From a virus: a DNA stretch of 64,000 nucleotides. Each line of letters opens with the position of its first letter. Position 1 is the first letter of the stretch. The DNA lies in the IMG/VR virus record IMGVR_UViG_3300010885_004110, positions 1-64,000 of that record. The stretch is one strand, 5' to 3'. This document shows positions 28,301-39,132 of this stretch, piece after piece. The notes beneath the pieces are model-generated. The model was given only the letters and a program-made list of their open reading frames with translations. It did not search any database and was not told where the DNA came from. The position numbers and the translations under genes were made by a program.

Positions 28301-31300
28301 AAACCGCACTGTATCCGGTGGCTATAAAAGTTTGAGACTGTGTGAATGATTTATACAAACCGGATTTAGTAATCCTGTCAAATTTCATTGTTAGGTCAAA
28401 AGATCTAACTTTAGTATCGCCTATAATAGCAGCAGCGGTAGCAATATCTTGACTTGTGCCGTTTCCACCAACCAATGTAACTATAGGGGTTGAAGTATAA
28501 CCAGATCCTTTAGTATCAACTCGAATTCCGGAAACTTTTCCGTTTGCAATAAATGCAGTAGCAGTAGTTCCTGTTCCGTTACCTGTAATTATTACTTTAG
28601 GAGGTGATGTATAATTACTTCCTGCATTAGCTACTGCTATAGAAGTAATTGAGTATCCATTATTATCTGCCCACCATTTCCAGGGATACTCATTAAATCG
28701 ATTGTACTGAGCACTTACTGGCAAAATTTTACCATCTCTTACTGAATAGGCAGGTGGTAAATCAAAGTCTATTGTGCCACCGTAGAAGTTTTCATTTTCT
28801 GTATATCGACTTGTGTATTCTCTTATAGTTGTTCGATAGGGTTTAACTTCTTCAATATAATTTCTAAATTGATCTAAATTATCATTTTTATAATTAGGGC
28901 GTTGATCTAAATCTCCAACATTATGTATCGCATTTAAGAAGCTAGTTTTAAACGCCCAATCAATGTATTCTTGCTCAGAGAAGGCATATCTTACAGAACT
29001 AAAGAATAATTTGTTCCATTCTACTCTTAAATCGTCAACAAAAATATCTTCTTTTGCAGCCTTTAAAATATTTCTTAATTCTGCAATCGGCTGTAAATCG
29101 TAATATGCAACATCATACGAACCAACATTATCATAACCCAATGCGGTAGTTAAAGCATTATATAAGCTATCTTTGATAAAAATAGTGCCGTTTTCTCTTC
29201 CAACTAAATTATAGTTGTTTAATAAATTACCTAAACCAGTTTTTGTTTTTTCTAAAACAGCCCATCCACCATTTGAATATTCTTTAACTCTAAGTAATGC
29301 TCCAACAGATAATGAAACTGTTGGTTCTTCGTAAAGACTTATAATTTCTTCTGCAATTCTTGAAGTTGGGTTAAATCCAGATGCCCACCAATCAGTATAC
29401 TCCCAATATATTTTTGTATCGTATCCTTGAGTTCGGCTTCTATAAAATATTTTTCTCTGCTGATCCCAAGAATAGATGCTCCAGAAACCTTTATCACTAG
29501 AGTCATTATTAACTAACACCGAAAATGCTCTAATTTTAACAAATGCTGATAGATATTTTTTTCCTCGATTTGTAACAGTTATCGAATTAACTCTACCTTG
29601 ACTATCTATTGTAATTACTGCTTTGGCTCCAGTTCCGGTGCCTTCGATTACAATATACGGTGTTGTTCGATATCCAAACCCGGGATCAATAATATCTATA
29701 GTATCAACTTCTCCATTAATAATATTAACTGAAAAGATTGCTTGACGTACTTTAACTGTACCTACTTGTTCTAAATCAATAAAATTATTAACTTCTAAAT
29801 CATAGCGATTTAATAAGAAACTAGGAATTGAATCTGTTGCTGACAGATTTTTAAAATTAATAGTATCGACAAATGGTCTAGTTAATAGTATGGCATTAAT
29901 ATTATCTATAACAATTTTTAAAGCCTTTTCTCTATTAACAAACATTGTTTGTCTTGGTCTAAAACTTAAACCGTATCGTTGTTTTTCTGATAGATTGATG
30001 TCGGGAACTGTATTTCCAGCTTCGTCAAATCCTACCAAACTATCTATCCATTTTTTCTCTAAGAATTCTGCAGGAATATTATCTGCAACTCCTTCAGTCA
30101 ATAACTGATATTCTCTGTGAACTGGATTTGCTTCTACAGAATTTTTATTATATTCTATATTAACCAATACAGAGTCTGTACTGATAATAGATGAAAAATT
30201 ATAAAAAGCTAATTTATCTGATCCTAATAATGCAACAAACGGAATACCTGTACTAATAGGGCTATCAATATACGATGCAATTGTTGCTACTGATGTTCGT
30301 CTATCTTTATTAATTGGTAATACTGTTTTATTTTTAACCCAGTAATAGTACATTGTACTTGTAGGATTACCAGTTGTTGCATTATATAATATTTTTGTAT
30401 TATAAACTGTATCGTCTGTATGCTTAGGTTGTCCGCTGATACTTTCTGCCAGTCCTTCAACAGTATCTGCTAATAGACTCCATTCAGACGGCAACAACGG
30501 TGTTTCAACCCATTCGTATACATCAACTGACGATCCGTGAACTTGTGTGCTCCAATTTCCAACTCTATAAGACAATTCATCTTGTTCAGCATTTATAAAT
30601 TTAACTGTGCTAAGATCCCACCAAACTTCTCCAACATGATTTTCAAGCCATGCTTGGGTTTCATCGATAGTTTCGTTGTCAGTTGCCTTTATATAGGTTG
30701 CGGGATCGTATACAGTTTTAAATTTAATATCTTCTTCTGCAACGCTAAGAATTTTTAATTTATAATGATCAATAATATCAACATCTGCAATTTTTAAATT
30801 CTTTTGTTTATTGTATAGTTCAATATTTTTAATAGAATCTAAGTCAACTAGATCAGTTTGGCTTCTAATAATATTAATGCTGTCTTTATTTGCTGTTTTC
30901 TTGAATAATCTAACTCTACCAATTTCATCGCCATCAAGTGTATATGTAGGTGATCCTACGGCAATTACAGAATTTGTACAGTCAACAGAAGCACCAAACG
31001 ATTCATACGCTTTAAATTCTGCTTCTAATTTTTCAGCTAAGAAATATCCTTGATCTTTTCTTTCATAAACATAAACTTGCCCTGGGAATCGTAGTCGACC
31101 GCTAAAAATTGTTCTTCTGCTGTCAAATTCTGTGCCTGCTCCGAATGTTGTTGGTAATGTATATCCAGCATCTTTTGCTCCGATAACAATACGTTCAGTT
31201 GCGGCACTTATAGATACACTTGTTCCAAAGTATTCATTAGTATAATTTTCGTAGGTTTGTAATTGTTGTGATAATTCAAATTTCAAAGATGTTGCACTAT

Positions 31301-34300
31301 ATTTAAAAACATAGGCTGCACCTTGATTCTCTCTTACTAAATCAGCCAACGGACTTGTAACAACAAGAGTAGTACCTGATGCATCAATGTCAATTGCTGT
31401 GCCAAATTTGTCGCCAGATGCTATAACTCCGTCGCCCAGTGTTTGAGCTGTGAGTGTTTGCGTTAAATTATAAACACCTGCTGTATTTCGACGGTAGACA
31501 AAAACTTTGCCAGTTGTAGTGTATGTGCTATCACCTGTAACTTCCCAAGGAGATCCTTCGTCAGGTCTTTCATTCTTGCTAACAGTTGCCGAGTCTCCGG
31601 TATCAACATCAAGGAGTATATAATAACTATCTTGATATTTTACAACATCATTAGCTACGTATTCTTGATATGTATTCCAAATACCCTTGTAATTATTAAA
31701 GAATTGCCCGTCGCTATTTGGCACGCCTACTACCAATACACTAGCATCGCGTGACATGCATAGACTGTGTCCAAAATTATCACCGTCTTTGACTAACTCG
31801 GCTTGTTGACTTGTAGATAATAATCCCATCGCTAAGGTAGAACCGTCATCATTAACGGATACATTAGTCGGCAAGGAACTACTTGTAGAAACTGGATCTA
31901 ATTTTAACCAATCTACTGAATCAATAGATATAGAGCTTCCGTCACCAGCAGTTTCATTTACCGCTTGCCATAGACTATCTTCGGCCCACACAACACTGCC
32001 TGTTGGATACACTGTAGCTCCGGTTGTATCATAGATTCCTAGATAATTTGTATTTTCATGATGTGACCATGTAACACCGTTATAGTAATACATGTAGACT
32101 CTGCCACGACCAGTAGCAGCGCCGATTTGAGGATCGCACATTGAGCCGGTAGCTGAGACTGCCATGTAATATGTTTTTCCACTAACTCCAAAAGATACCG
32201 AACTACCAAATCTTTCATCAGTTGCTGGTCTTGGACTTACAAAATTATAAACGTTTTCCCATTGATCATTTTGATACTTGTACAAAGATATCATGCCTTG
32301 ATTAACAAATCCAGTGCCTTGACCAATAGGCGTTGCATCAACTATTGTTGCAGGCTCCCATAGATGAGAACCAATAGTTATCCAGATAGAGGAACCATCG
32401 TCTCGTTCGTCTACCGGAACTCGAGGTACATTAGTAACTGCTTTCCATAACTTACCATCGCTTAATACGATCGATCCGGTGATATACTCAGAAGCAGGGT
32501 CGTACTCTCCTATATAATGTGACGGTACTGCGGTTGCCCTTGGAGATGCAATAGCCAACCATTTATAGTCTGGACTAACTGCAATAACTTCTCCAAATAC
32601 TCCAGCAACTGGCGCACTAAGATCATCAACTGGTGCAACCATCTGCTTTAATCCTAATGATTGATTTACTGCTGTTCTATCAGTGTAGATCATCACATAT
32701 CCAGACGCAGGCAACGATGTTGCTATTTGTTTCAACGGTTCAATATATGCAATTGCCGTTCCGGTATTTAACGGAGCAGTAATACCATAATCAACTAGAT
32801 CATAAGTTTGATATTGTTTAATTTTTTCAACAACTTCCCATTTTCCCGCTTCATTTGAATCAATCCAAATCTTAGAACCAGTTGCCAACAACGCTGTTGT
32901 TCTATAATCTAAGTCCTGATAAGTGTTTGCTTTTGCCTCAGTAAAAATCCCAATGACTGCTGATGCACTATCTTCAATCGCCGGATTGTCACTGCTTGTT
33001 GTTTTAACTGTAATAGTTGTTGAGGTTGCTGCTGTTATTTTGTAGAATCCTGTTAGGTTAGCAACATAGATAATACCAATAATATCACCTATTGATAAAT
33101 TATGAATTCTACTTAAAGATAAAATTACATCGGTTCCATCTTTTAATACCGAAACAATTCTTAAAGATAGTGCTTCGTTGTATCTTAGGACTGTCCATTT
33201 GTAACTATCAAATGTTACCCAAAAATGATCGTTGTCTGCAACTGATGCAATGTTGATATTTAAAATATCATCTCTAATCTTAACAACAAAATCAATGTCG
33301 TTGAGATGGACAGGTCCTGCGGAACGAGTAGCTTTATCAAAAGATGCTAACGGTGTAATGTTAGATGTAAATGGCAACGGAGCAAGTGTAAACTTAGTTG
33401 GATCAATTCTTAAATTTTGATCAACAATAACTGTAGATTTTTCAGCAACAATTAATGTAGGTTGTGGATTTATTTGTATAGACTCTTTAGAAATTTCAAA
33501 CTCAATTTCTCTTAGTTGTTCAACTCCGCCCAATTCTCCAACTTTAAATGCCCATTCTTCGTTTAACACTACACTGTCGTCTGCTGTTCTACTAAGTTTA
33601 TCAAATACTTTAGTTACAGCATTGTTTGTGCCTTTTTCTCTAATAAATCCCTGATATAATCTAAATTGACTAATTTCATCTTCTGCTAACCCTTGGAGGT
33701 ATTCTCTTGGTTGGTATCCTATTGCATGTCTTGCTAACTCACGTTGGCTAGATCCTACGCCGTCGGCTTCAACTTCATAATAGTCTTCGAATTGATTAAT
33801 TCTATAATCAAAATTAGCTACTAACCCTTTAGTAGGAGTAGAATCTAATTTTGTCCAGTTAGCGTCTATAAATTCTTGAGTACCTAATTGATTAGTTTTA
33901 CTGGTCCAATTATATGACTTGTGTGCAACAATATCACCTAATCGATAATCAGTAAATGGTTGCCATACTGCGATATTGACATTGTCAAACAAGAAACCAG
34001 GACTGGTATAATCACCATCCCAATCCACCGTACGGAACCCTCGGCTCTTAATACGTTCTTGTCGATAGCCGGTTGGCTTATCATACATTACATCATTAAA
34101 CACTGTTCTGTCATCAAATATTACAATGTGTTCTTTGAGAACAAAGTTTGCTCTTATAAAATAGATACCACGATTTGTATTAGTAGTTGATAATATTAAA
34201 TTTTTATAATCTCGACTTACATTAATATATTGCGGGCCTAGTGGTGTGCCGTCATCTTGTAGAATCTGATAATCATAAAAACTATCTAAGAAACTATCTG

Positions 34301-37300
34301 CAACACCTAATGAAATACTAACATTAATTTTTTGAGAGTTAGGACTTAATGTTAATAACGATCCTTCACTCCAATTGTGTTTACTCCAAAACATAAATTC
34401 TTTTGCAGAGGTAAACCAATCCATAGAAGCCTGAATTGTTGTATCATAACCATCAAATACAAATCCAATACTAATTAAGTATTCTTGATAGCCTAACATA
34501 AAGTCAACAACTTCTTGAATTGAAGTCATTAATGTACCGTAATTCAATCGATTAGTTACTAATTTATTATAATTTCTTCTTTTAAATGCTTGAACTGCTC
34601 CGGTTACAGGCAGTGCAGAAAGTTGTTTCCATTCTGCACTATCAAATGTATTGTTACTAGTATGGCTTCTAAGACTTCTAAAATAAGTCTGGCCGTACTT
34701 AACAATTACACCGTTGCCGTAAAATTTGTTGGAAGTCCATGATAAGAAATTCTCACTAACTCCGCCAACAGCTATTAACGGATCACTCTGAGAGCTAATG
34801 GGTTTAAAATATGTAAAGAACGGATCTTTAGTATCATATCCGCTGATTTTCCAACCCCGAGTTGTTTTTTCAATAATGATACCGCTGTATGCTACAGAAT
34901 ATATTGGAGAACTTACATTAAAAATAATGTCATAGTTTTCTTGAGGAACAAAAACACTACTGGTTGTGGATTTAGGATTTTTACTATCTAATACATATTT
35001 TTGTTGTTGTTGATCAACAAATCCCGATAATCTATTTGAAAGAGCAACATCAATGTTAGTAAGTTTATTAACTAACGTAGAGACTGGTATTGTTTTGCTC
35101 TTTAAGTAATTTACCACGTAAGAAACTAAACCAGAAACTGGTGTTGATTCAGAATTTTCAAAAATTACATCACTTAATCTAGCAAACGATTTAGAAGTTT
35201 TGTTTATTGTTTGACCTAATAAATTTAGTGCAGTTTCTGATTTATTAAATGTATCGGTGATGTATTCAAACGGTTTCAATAAACACAAGGCTAGTACTAC
35301 AGCAAAAGGCCATTCGGAACTAGCACTCCATGCAGCTTCTACAGGTCCCTTGTCGCCTAATATAAAAGTACCTTTATTATTAATAAGAGTAAAGTTACCA
35401 GCTAATCCGGAATTTAAAGGGCTTAATAAATTACCATCTCCGTCTACTGGAATGTGCTGCATTATCGACGGACGTTTGTATCTATCGCGTGTTCCGGCTC
35501 TTTCGCCCTGACGAATAACACCGTCACGCAAATCTTCCCAAAGAATTAAATTATTAGAAGTGTAAGGTGCTGGACCATATTCACTTTCCCACCATGTTGG
35601 TTTTTCTGAAAATCCTAACATTTCCCACGGACATGTATGTGGGCGATCGGTATCATAAAACCATTTGTAAACACCTCTCCAGTATCCAGGTAAATTTTTT
35701 GTCTTTGATGGATCTACCATATTAGAATACGTATAGGTAAAACTATTTTCACTATCAAAGAATGTATTATTTACATAGTCAATATTTGTATCCGCAATCC
35801 ATTTTAAAAATTCAGGGGAGGCAATATTATCAAGTTCGGATTTGCCATACTCTGCATTTCCATAATATCCGCCCAAGATTGCATCGTTATCAAAAATAGT
35901 TTCATCGTATGTTTGTTTAATATTATTGTAAATTCTTTTTTCTAATTCTAATAATATATCATCTCGGAAATCGCCATAGGCAATAGTAATGCTACCGTCG
36001 TGTCCTTGAATAACTTCTTTTGGCACAACATACGTATTATCTAAAAATTTCTTAGGTTCGTATTTTCTATACAATCCTAATTTTGTAGGAGTCGGAGGAA
36101 TAAAATTTGAAGAAGTAGAAACATATTCACGTATTTCTATCGTATCGCCTTCAACTAGCGGAATACTTAAACTAACAAATCCAAATGTTGAATTAAAACT
36201 ATAATCTCTACCAGTTAATAATTGAGTATTATTATAATAAACATATACAGCCTTAGAACTTAATGTTTGTAAATCAAATTTTTGTGATAGTGCAAATGTC
36301 TTAATACCTTCGTCTTCAACTGTGTAGTTCAATACCGAATACGCCCCGCTTCCGATCATATCTGAATCAGAAAAAGGTCTAGATGAATTTTGTGTTTTAC
36401 TAATTTCTTCTAATATAATATCTACATAATCAAGAGGTTGTTGATCATAATATAAACGATATGCAATATCAACAAATGTATTTTTAAAATCAGTATAAGA
36501 TTTTTTAGCATATTGTATAGATTTTACAATATTAATTTCTTTATCACATAGTAACACTGCTGCTAACGGAGCAATATTACTGTGTTTTAAAAATCGTCTT
36601 GCTTTATTTTCGTACCCTGAAATATTTCTAAGATTACTAGTACCCGGATATATTCCAGCAAATTCGTCTGTTACTTCAATACCTGTTAATATATGATCAG
36701 ACGCCTGACCTAAAGTAAAAGAAGTAATTTTGTCATTTAACGGATTTTTTTCTAATCCTAAAGGAATTTCATAATAGCCGGTTGTTGGATCTAAATCTGC
36801 AAATATTTTAATAGTAACAACATCCCCAACTTTAAATTTACTGCTAAATGTAAAAGTGTCTACTAATCGAGTCCATGTTTTTTTACTAATTATGCCGTTA
36901 ACATAAAATATAATTTTATTAATATCAGTTTCTAATACTGATTCCCAGTCAACGGCGGTTGAAACAATAGTGTTAGTAATTTCAGTAACTATTGTCGAAT
37001 CAATAATAGGTTGGCTAAGTGTACGATCTAAAACTTTCCATCCATTATCATAAGATACAATACCATTAAATTTATAGTATCCTGTAAAAATATTTTCTGT
37101 ATAGATAGTCTGAGCAATTTTATATGTGAATTGATCTTTATCTAAATCAAATTCAAATTGAATGTCGCCTACATTATCAATATTCAAATAAGAAAGACTA
37201 AATCCTAATTCTTTATCAATAACACTGTTGCCAATAACATAACTTAATAATTCAGTACCCTGAAATGAGCTAATTGGATATTTGTCAACATCTGATAAAC

Positions 37301-39131
37301 TAACTAATTCTTTATCAAATATATCAAATAACGGCGACTGATTTACTTTGGTTTTTAATTGACTTTTAATCCAAGCGGTTCCGTTAAAATGATACATTAA
37401 CCCCTTGTAATTATTACCTCTACGAATTAACGCAGATTCACCAAGTATCGATTCAGCATCATCAGCTTTTTGTAAATTAATTTGTGTGACATTATTATGT
37501 CGAATAAATCGCACAACATATATTTTATTGTTTGCTAAACTATCGGTGTCAGCGGTAACTAAAACTCGAGCACCGTCAAATAGTTGTTCACCGTCTACAA
37601 TATATCCTCTACTACCTTCAATGACTGAAAATATATCTGTTGTAAAATTGTCTATGTAATCAACTGTCTGTTTTGCAATACTACCATGATTAAATAATTG
37701 TAGATTAGATTTAAACTCAATAATAGGACGTTTTGCTCGAGAAGTCTCAGCAGCTTCAAAACTTGTACCGTTAAACGAATGTGAAAAATCTAAAGTTTCT
37801 CTGTGAAACCAACGATTATATCGACTCCATGGATTCGAGTCAATGCTTGATTTTGAAATGGTTGTATAATCTTTTAAAGCAGGATATGCACTAGCATCAT
37901 CATACGGTTGGCTGTCAAAGCCGCCATTGTCAAATAATATTTCTGGGGCAGTTGCATTTAAATTTCCAGAAACGATCAAGTCTGAAAACTTGGTTAGAGT
38001 AATCTGTGTACCAACACCTTCAACAAGCCATCTATCATTATTGTTACTATATCGAGTCGGCGTAACTGATCCAACAAAATATAAAAGCATACCGTTAGAT
38101 AACGATATGTTGTTACTACTAGTATACGATGCTTTGCCAATAATTTCTTTTTCTATGTCAATTTTCGTATTGGTCTCAATATTCCCAATTATAAATCTTC
38201 CAAACTTATTAACATCTGTACTACTTTGATAAAATAATACATCAGGGGCATCAAATGGTACTTCAAACGTAACTGTACCGTTTTCAATTCCGTTATTTGT
38301 TATTCCCTTGGTATAATCTAAAGAATTTGTTAACAAAATATTATCAACAAATTCCCAATCTTGATTTTCAAGATTAATTGTACTGCCGTCTCCTGAATTA
38401 ATGTTATCTTTGGCTCTCCACAATTTTTCATCAAATACAACCAATTGTCCTTTGGTATATGAAACTAAAGGATTGTATAATAGAGTACCGGTATCGATTG
38501 CAGTCTTGATTAAAAATCCATTGTTTGGAGCATTAATTTGAAATTTATAAGTTTGACCTCTATACAAGGTTAATGTTGGATTATTTGTCAATCCGTCGGG
38601 GGTAAACAAATAAACACTGCCTACTCCTAATCCAACTCTATATGTACTAGTAACAGTCTGTGATTGTCCTAAGATTTTGATAGGAGGTGGTCCTTCAGGG
38701 ACCCAATAATATTCTCTATAGTTAACAAACTTATCCCAATCGATTGGAGGATTCCAGGAATAATGTTCTTGATTTGTAGTAATTGCATCAAACTCTCCAG
38801 TATTTCCAAAGAATTTAATTTGATTTTTAAAATCAAGATAGTCGTAAAAATTCTTAATAACTCCGTCTTCTTTAATTATTACACCGGGTTCTAGCTGATA
38901 TCGACTTCTTAATGTTGCATCACTGTCCAAGTAAATATCTTTGCCATTATAAGTTTTTCCGTACCTACGTCCAATATATCCAACAGTTTTTTCCAATACG
39001 CCTGGCTGTACCAGCGGATCAACTACTGCTGATAAAAATTTAGAATTGGCTTCTGTTTGAAAAATCTGTGGTAATAACTCAACAGTTTTTCTAATTGGTA
39101 GTTGACTTTCTGGAAAAAATTCTTGTGCCAT
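25392..39131 (-). CDS. giant (4579 aa) baseplate wedge/adhesin protein, gp7-like position
   Basis: Uninterrupted ORF after the gp6-like gene; FG-GAP-like propeller repeats, CBM5/12-like modules, GSGYTSTP repeats. Confidence 0.75.
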   Translation of the reverse strand: MAQEFFPESQLPIRKTVELLPQIFQTEANSKFLSAVVDPLVQPGVLEKTVGYIGRRYGKTYNGKDIYLDSDATLRSRYQLEPGVIIKEDGVIKNFYDYLDFKNQIKFFGNTGEFDAITTNQEHYSWNPPIDWDKFVNYREYYWVPEGPPPIKILGQSQTVTSTYRVGLGVGSVYLFTPDGLTNNPTLTLYRGQTYKFQINAPNNGFLIKTAIDTGTLLYNPLVSYTKGQLVVFDEKLWRAKDNINSGDGSTINLENQDWEFVDNILLTNSLDYTKGITNNGIENGTVTFEVPFDAPDVLFYQSSTDVNKFGRFIIGNIETNTKIDIEKEIIGKASYTSSNNISLSNGMLLYFVGSVTPTRYSNNNDRWLVEGVGTQITLTKFSDLIVSGNLNATAPEILFDNGGFDSQPYDDASAYPALKDYTTISKSSIDSNPWSRYNRWFHRETLDFSHSFNGTSFEAAETSRAKRPIIEFKSNLQLFNHGSIAKQTVDYIDNFTTDIFSVIEGSRGYIVDGEQLFDGARVLVTADTDSLANNKIYVVRFIRHNNVTQINLQKADDAESILGESALIRRGNNYKGLMYHFNGTAWIKSQLKTKVNQSPLFDIFDKELVSLSDVDKYPISSFQGTELLSYVIGNSVIDKELGFSLSYLNIDNVGDIQFEFDLDKDQFTYKIAQTIYTENIFTGYYKFNGIVSYDNGWKVLDRTLSQPIIDSTIVTEITNTIVSTAVDWESVLETDINKIIFYVNGIISKKTWTRLVDTFTFSSKFKVGDVVTIKIFADLDPTTGYYEIPLGLEKNPLNDKITSFTLGQASDHILTGIEVTDEFAGIYPGTSNLRNISGYENKARRFLKHSNIAPLAAVLLCDKEINIVKSIQYAKKSYTDFKNTFVDIAYRLYYDQQPLDYVDIILEEISKTQNSSRPFSDSDMIGSGAYSVLNYTVEDEGIKTFALSQKFDLQTLSSKAVYVYYNNTQLLTGRDYSFNSTFGFVSLSIPLVEGDTIEIREYVSTSSNFIPPTPTKLGLYRKYEPKKFLDNTYVVPKEVIQGHDGSITIAYGDFRDDILLELEKRIYNNIKQTYDETIFDNDAILGGYYGNAEYGKSELDNIASPEFLKWIADTNIDYVNNTFFDSENSFTYTYSNMVDPSKTKNLPGYWRGVYKWFYDTDRPHTCPWEMLGFSEKPTWWESEYGPAPYTSNNLILWEDLRDGVIRQGERAGTRDRYKRPSIMQHIPVDGDGNLLSPLNSGLAGNFTLINNKGTFILGDKGPVEAAWSASSEWPFAVVLALCLLKPFEYITDTFNKSETALNLLGQTINKTSKSFARLSDVIFENSESTPVSGLVSYVVNYLKSKTIPVSTLVNKLTNIDVALSNRLSGFVDQQQQKYVLDSKNPKSTTSSVFVPQENYDIIFNVSSPIYSVAYSGIIIEKTTRGWKISGYDTKDPFFTYFKPISSQSDPLIAVGGVSENFLSWTSNKFYGNGVIVKYGQTYFRSLRSHTSNNTFDSAEWKQLSALPVTGAVQAFKRRNYNKLVTNRLNYGTLMTSIQEVVDFMLGYQEYLISIGFVFDGYDTTIQASMDWFTSAKEFMFWSKHNWSEGSLLTLSPNSQKINVSISLGVADSFLDSFYDYQILQDDGTPLGPQYINVSRDYKNLILSTTNTNRGIYFIRANFVLKEHIVIFDDRTVFNDVMYDKPTGYRQERIKSRGFRTVDWDGDYTSPGFLFDNVNIAVWQPFTDYRLGDIVAHKSYNWTSKTNQLGTQEFIDANWTKLDSTPTKGLVANFDYRINQFEDYYEVEADGVGSSQRELARHAIGYQPREYLQGLAEDEISQFRLYQGFIREKGTNNAVTKVFDKLSRTADDSVVLNEEWAFKVGELGGVEQLREIEFEISKESIQINPQPTLIVAEKSTVIVDQNLRIDPTKFTLAPLPFTSNITPLASFDKATRSAGPVHLNDIDFVVKIRDDILNINIASVADNDHFWVTFDSYKWTVLRYNEALSLRIVSVLKDGTDVILSLSRIHNLSIGDIIGIIYVANLTGFYKITAATSTTITVKTTSSDNPAIEDSASAVIGIFTEAKANTYQDLDYRTTALLATGSKIWIDSNEAGKWEVVEKIKQYQTYDLVDYGITAPLNTGTAIAYIEPLKQIATSLPASGYVMIYTDRTAVNQSLGLKQMVAPVDDLSAPVAGVFGEVIAVSPDYKWLAIASPRATAVPSHYIGEYDPASEYITGSIVLSDGKLWKAVTNVPRVPVDERDDGSSIWITIGSHLWEPATIVDATPIGQGTGFVNQGMISLYKYQNDQWENVYNFVSPRPATDERFGSSVSFGVSGKTYYMAVSATGSMCDPQIGAATGRGRVYMYYYNGVTWSHHENTNYLGIYDTTGATVYPTGSVVWAEDSLWQAVNETAGDGSSISIDSVDWLKLDPVSTSSSLPTNVSVNDDGSTLAMGLLSTSQQAELVKDGDNFGHSLCMSRDASVLVVGVPNSDGQFFNNYKGIWNTYQEYVANDVVKYQDSYYILLDVDTGDSATVSKNERPDEGSPWEVTGDSTYTTTGKVFVYRRNTAGVYNLTQTLTAQTLGDGVIASGDKFGTAIDIDASGTTLVVTSPLADLVRENQGAAYVFKYSATSLKFELSQQLQTYENYTNEYFGTSVSISAATERIVIGAKDAGYTLPTTFGAGTEFDSRRTIFSGRLRFPGQVYVYERKDQGYFLAEKLEAEFKAYESFGASVDCTNSVIAVGSPTYTLDGDEIGRVRLFKKTANKDSINIIRSQTDLVDLDSIKNIELYNKQKNLKIADVDIIDHYKLKILSVAEEDIKFKTVYDPATYIKATDNETIDETQAWLENHVGEVWWDLSTVKFINAEQDELSYRVGNWSTQVHGSSVDVYEWVETPLLPSEWSLLADTVEGLAESISGQPKHTDDTVYNTKILYNATTGNPTSTMYYYWVKNKTVLPINKDRRTSVATIASYIDSPISTGIPFVALLGSDKLAFYNFSSIISTDSVLVNIEYNKNSVEANPVHREYQLLTEGVADNIPAEFLEKKWIDSLVGFDEAGNTVPDINLSEKQRYGLSFRPRQTMFVNREKALKIVIDNINAILLTRPFVDTINFKNLSATDSIPSFLLNRYDLEVNNFIDLEQVGTVKVRQAIFSVNIINGEVDTIDIIDPGFGYRTTPYIVIEGTGTGAKAVITIDSQGRVNSITVTNRGKKYLSAFVKIRAFSVLVNNDSSDKGFWSIYSWDQQRKIFYRSRTQGYDTKIYWEYTDWWASGFNPTSRIAEEIISLYEEPTVSLSVGALLRVKEYSNGGWAVLEKTKTGLGNLLNNYNLVGRENGTIFIKDSLYNALTTALGYDNVGSYDVAYYDLQPIAELRNILKAAKEDIFVDDLRVEWNKLFFSSVRYAFSEQEYIDWAFKTSFLNAIHNVGDLDQRPNYKNDNLDQFRNYIEEVKPYRTTIREYTSRYTENENFYGGTIDFDLPPAYSVRDGKILPVSAQYNRFNEYPWKWWADNNGYSITSIAVANAGSNYTSPPKVIITGNGTGTTATAFIANGKVSGIRVDTKGSGYTSTPIVTLVGGNGTSQDIATAAAIIGDTKVRSFDLTMKFDRITKSGLYKSFTQSQTFIATGYSAVFNLKYAPTHDKTKIQVIKNGTIILKNEYTISLYKDSIDGYSVLKGKLGFNIAPKAGDIIIIDYDKNDEYLDAVNRINKYYAPTAGMKGNEIGQLMTGIDFGGVQVQGTTFDITGGWDALPWFTDSWDSVESNSDYHYVADGSTTYVVLPYIPENNSPISIYLKRVDATRAVRIDDPFFLVYDGITPQPNGRVTAPDSALMPTFVGDGSTNVIQLHDAITDLPYVTVSTGDVLIFRKLDSDGSVTITDVNLLDTRISGGSLSNMGGAYVTATGLTPEEIVIDGDKFVTPDQVPAPEENVPGQVLDSLSIKVFTSTDPGSTPLQSKVLISNGATKIFNIGLSIVESKSVIVYVDKIKQENPTDYIINFVDNTIEFEVPPAQGTIIEIISIGRGGIGLLDYQEFVADGTTSLFLTKALYSQTASVLVTVDGIAIDTGFVNSGEFIDTQDKTMVQFGDMPTYRQVVKIICFGNSTETDSTGYPFVRINQQTIVYDGSTRSFDLDKFVPLSRGSVLSAMLVEVNGVQLTGIDTTYTVYNGTNNAIELGIDPAEAIGTITSGAIKVYINNILQRFVIDYTYNGNLNLIEISTENLSIEDIIRIETSTRTEFSIVSGNIVIDSAVPLAVDDIINVTWFSEYPTMDIISDEYTGGKVQYQLSRTPLSVNYVWVYKNGVRLTQDRDYHISSPRSVLYLTDNTNSSDKIKIVQFGNIIYAPPRAFEIFKDMLNNYHYKRYSKKNSVKLVNDVNYYDTTIEVTNGTLLPDPLPIRNIPGVIIINNERIEYFAKTENTISQLRRGSLGTAIAEKHNADSFVINVGFTETLPYTETQERADFTSDGSTILVGPLDFIPTQSSRTTWYRDTIPTGYGPCDTVEVFVGGKRLIKNPMSIYNEDLGISSPSSDIMIEAEFSVDGVSKYIRLTESVPAGTRITIIRKQGKIWYDRGQNTPSKGISLLSNNTPVANFIANSSTELPE

Positions 39132-39132
39132 A

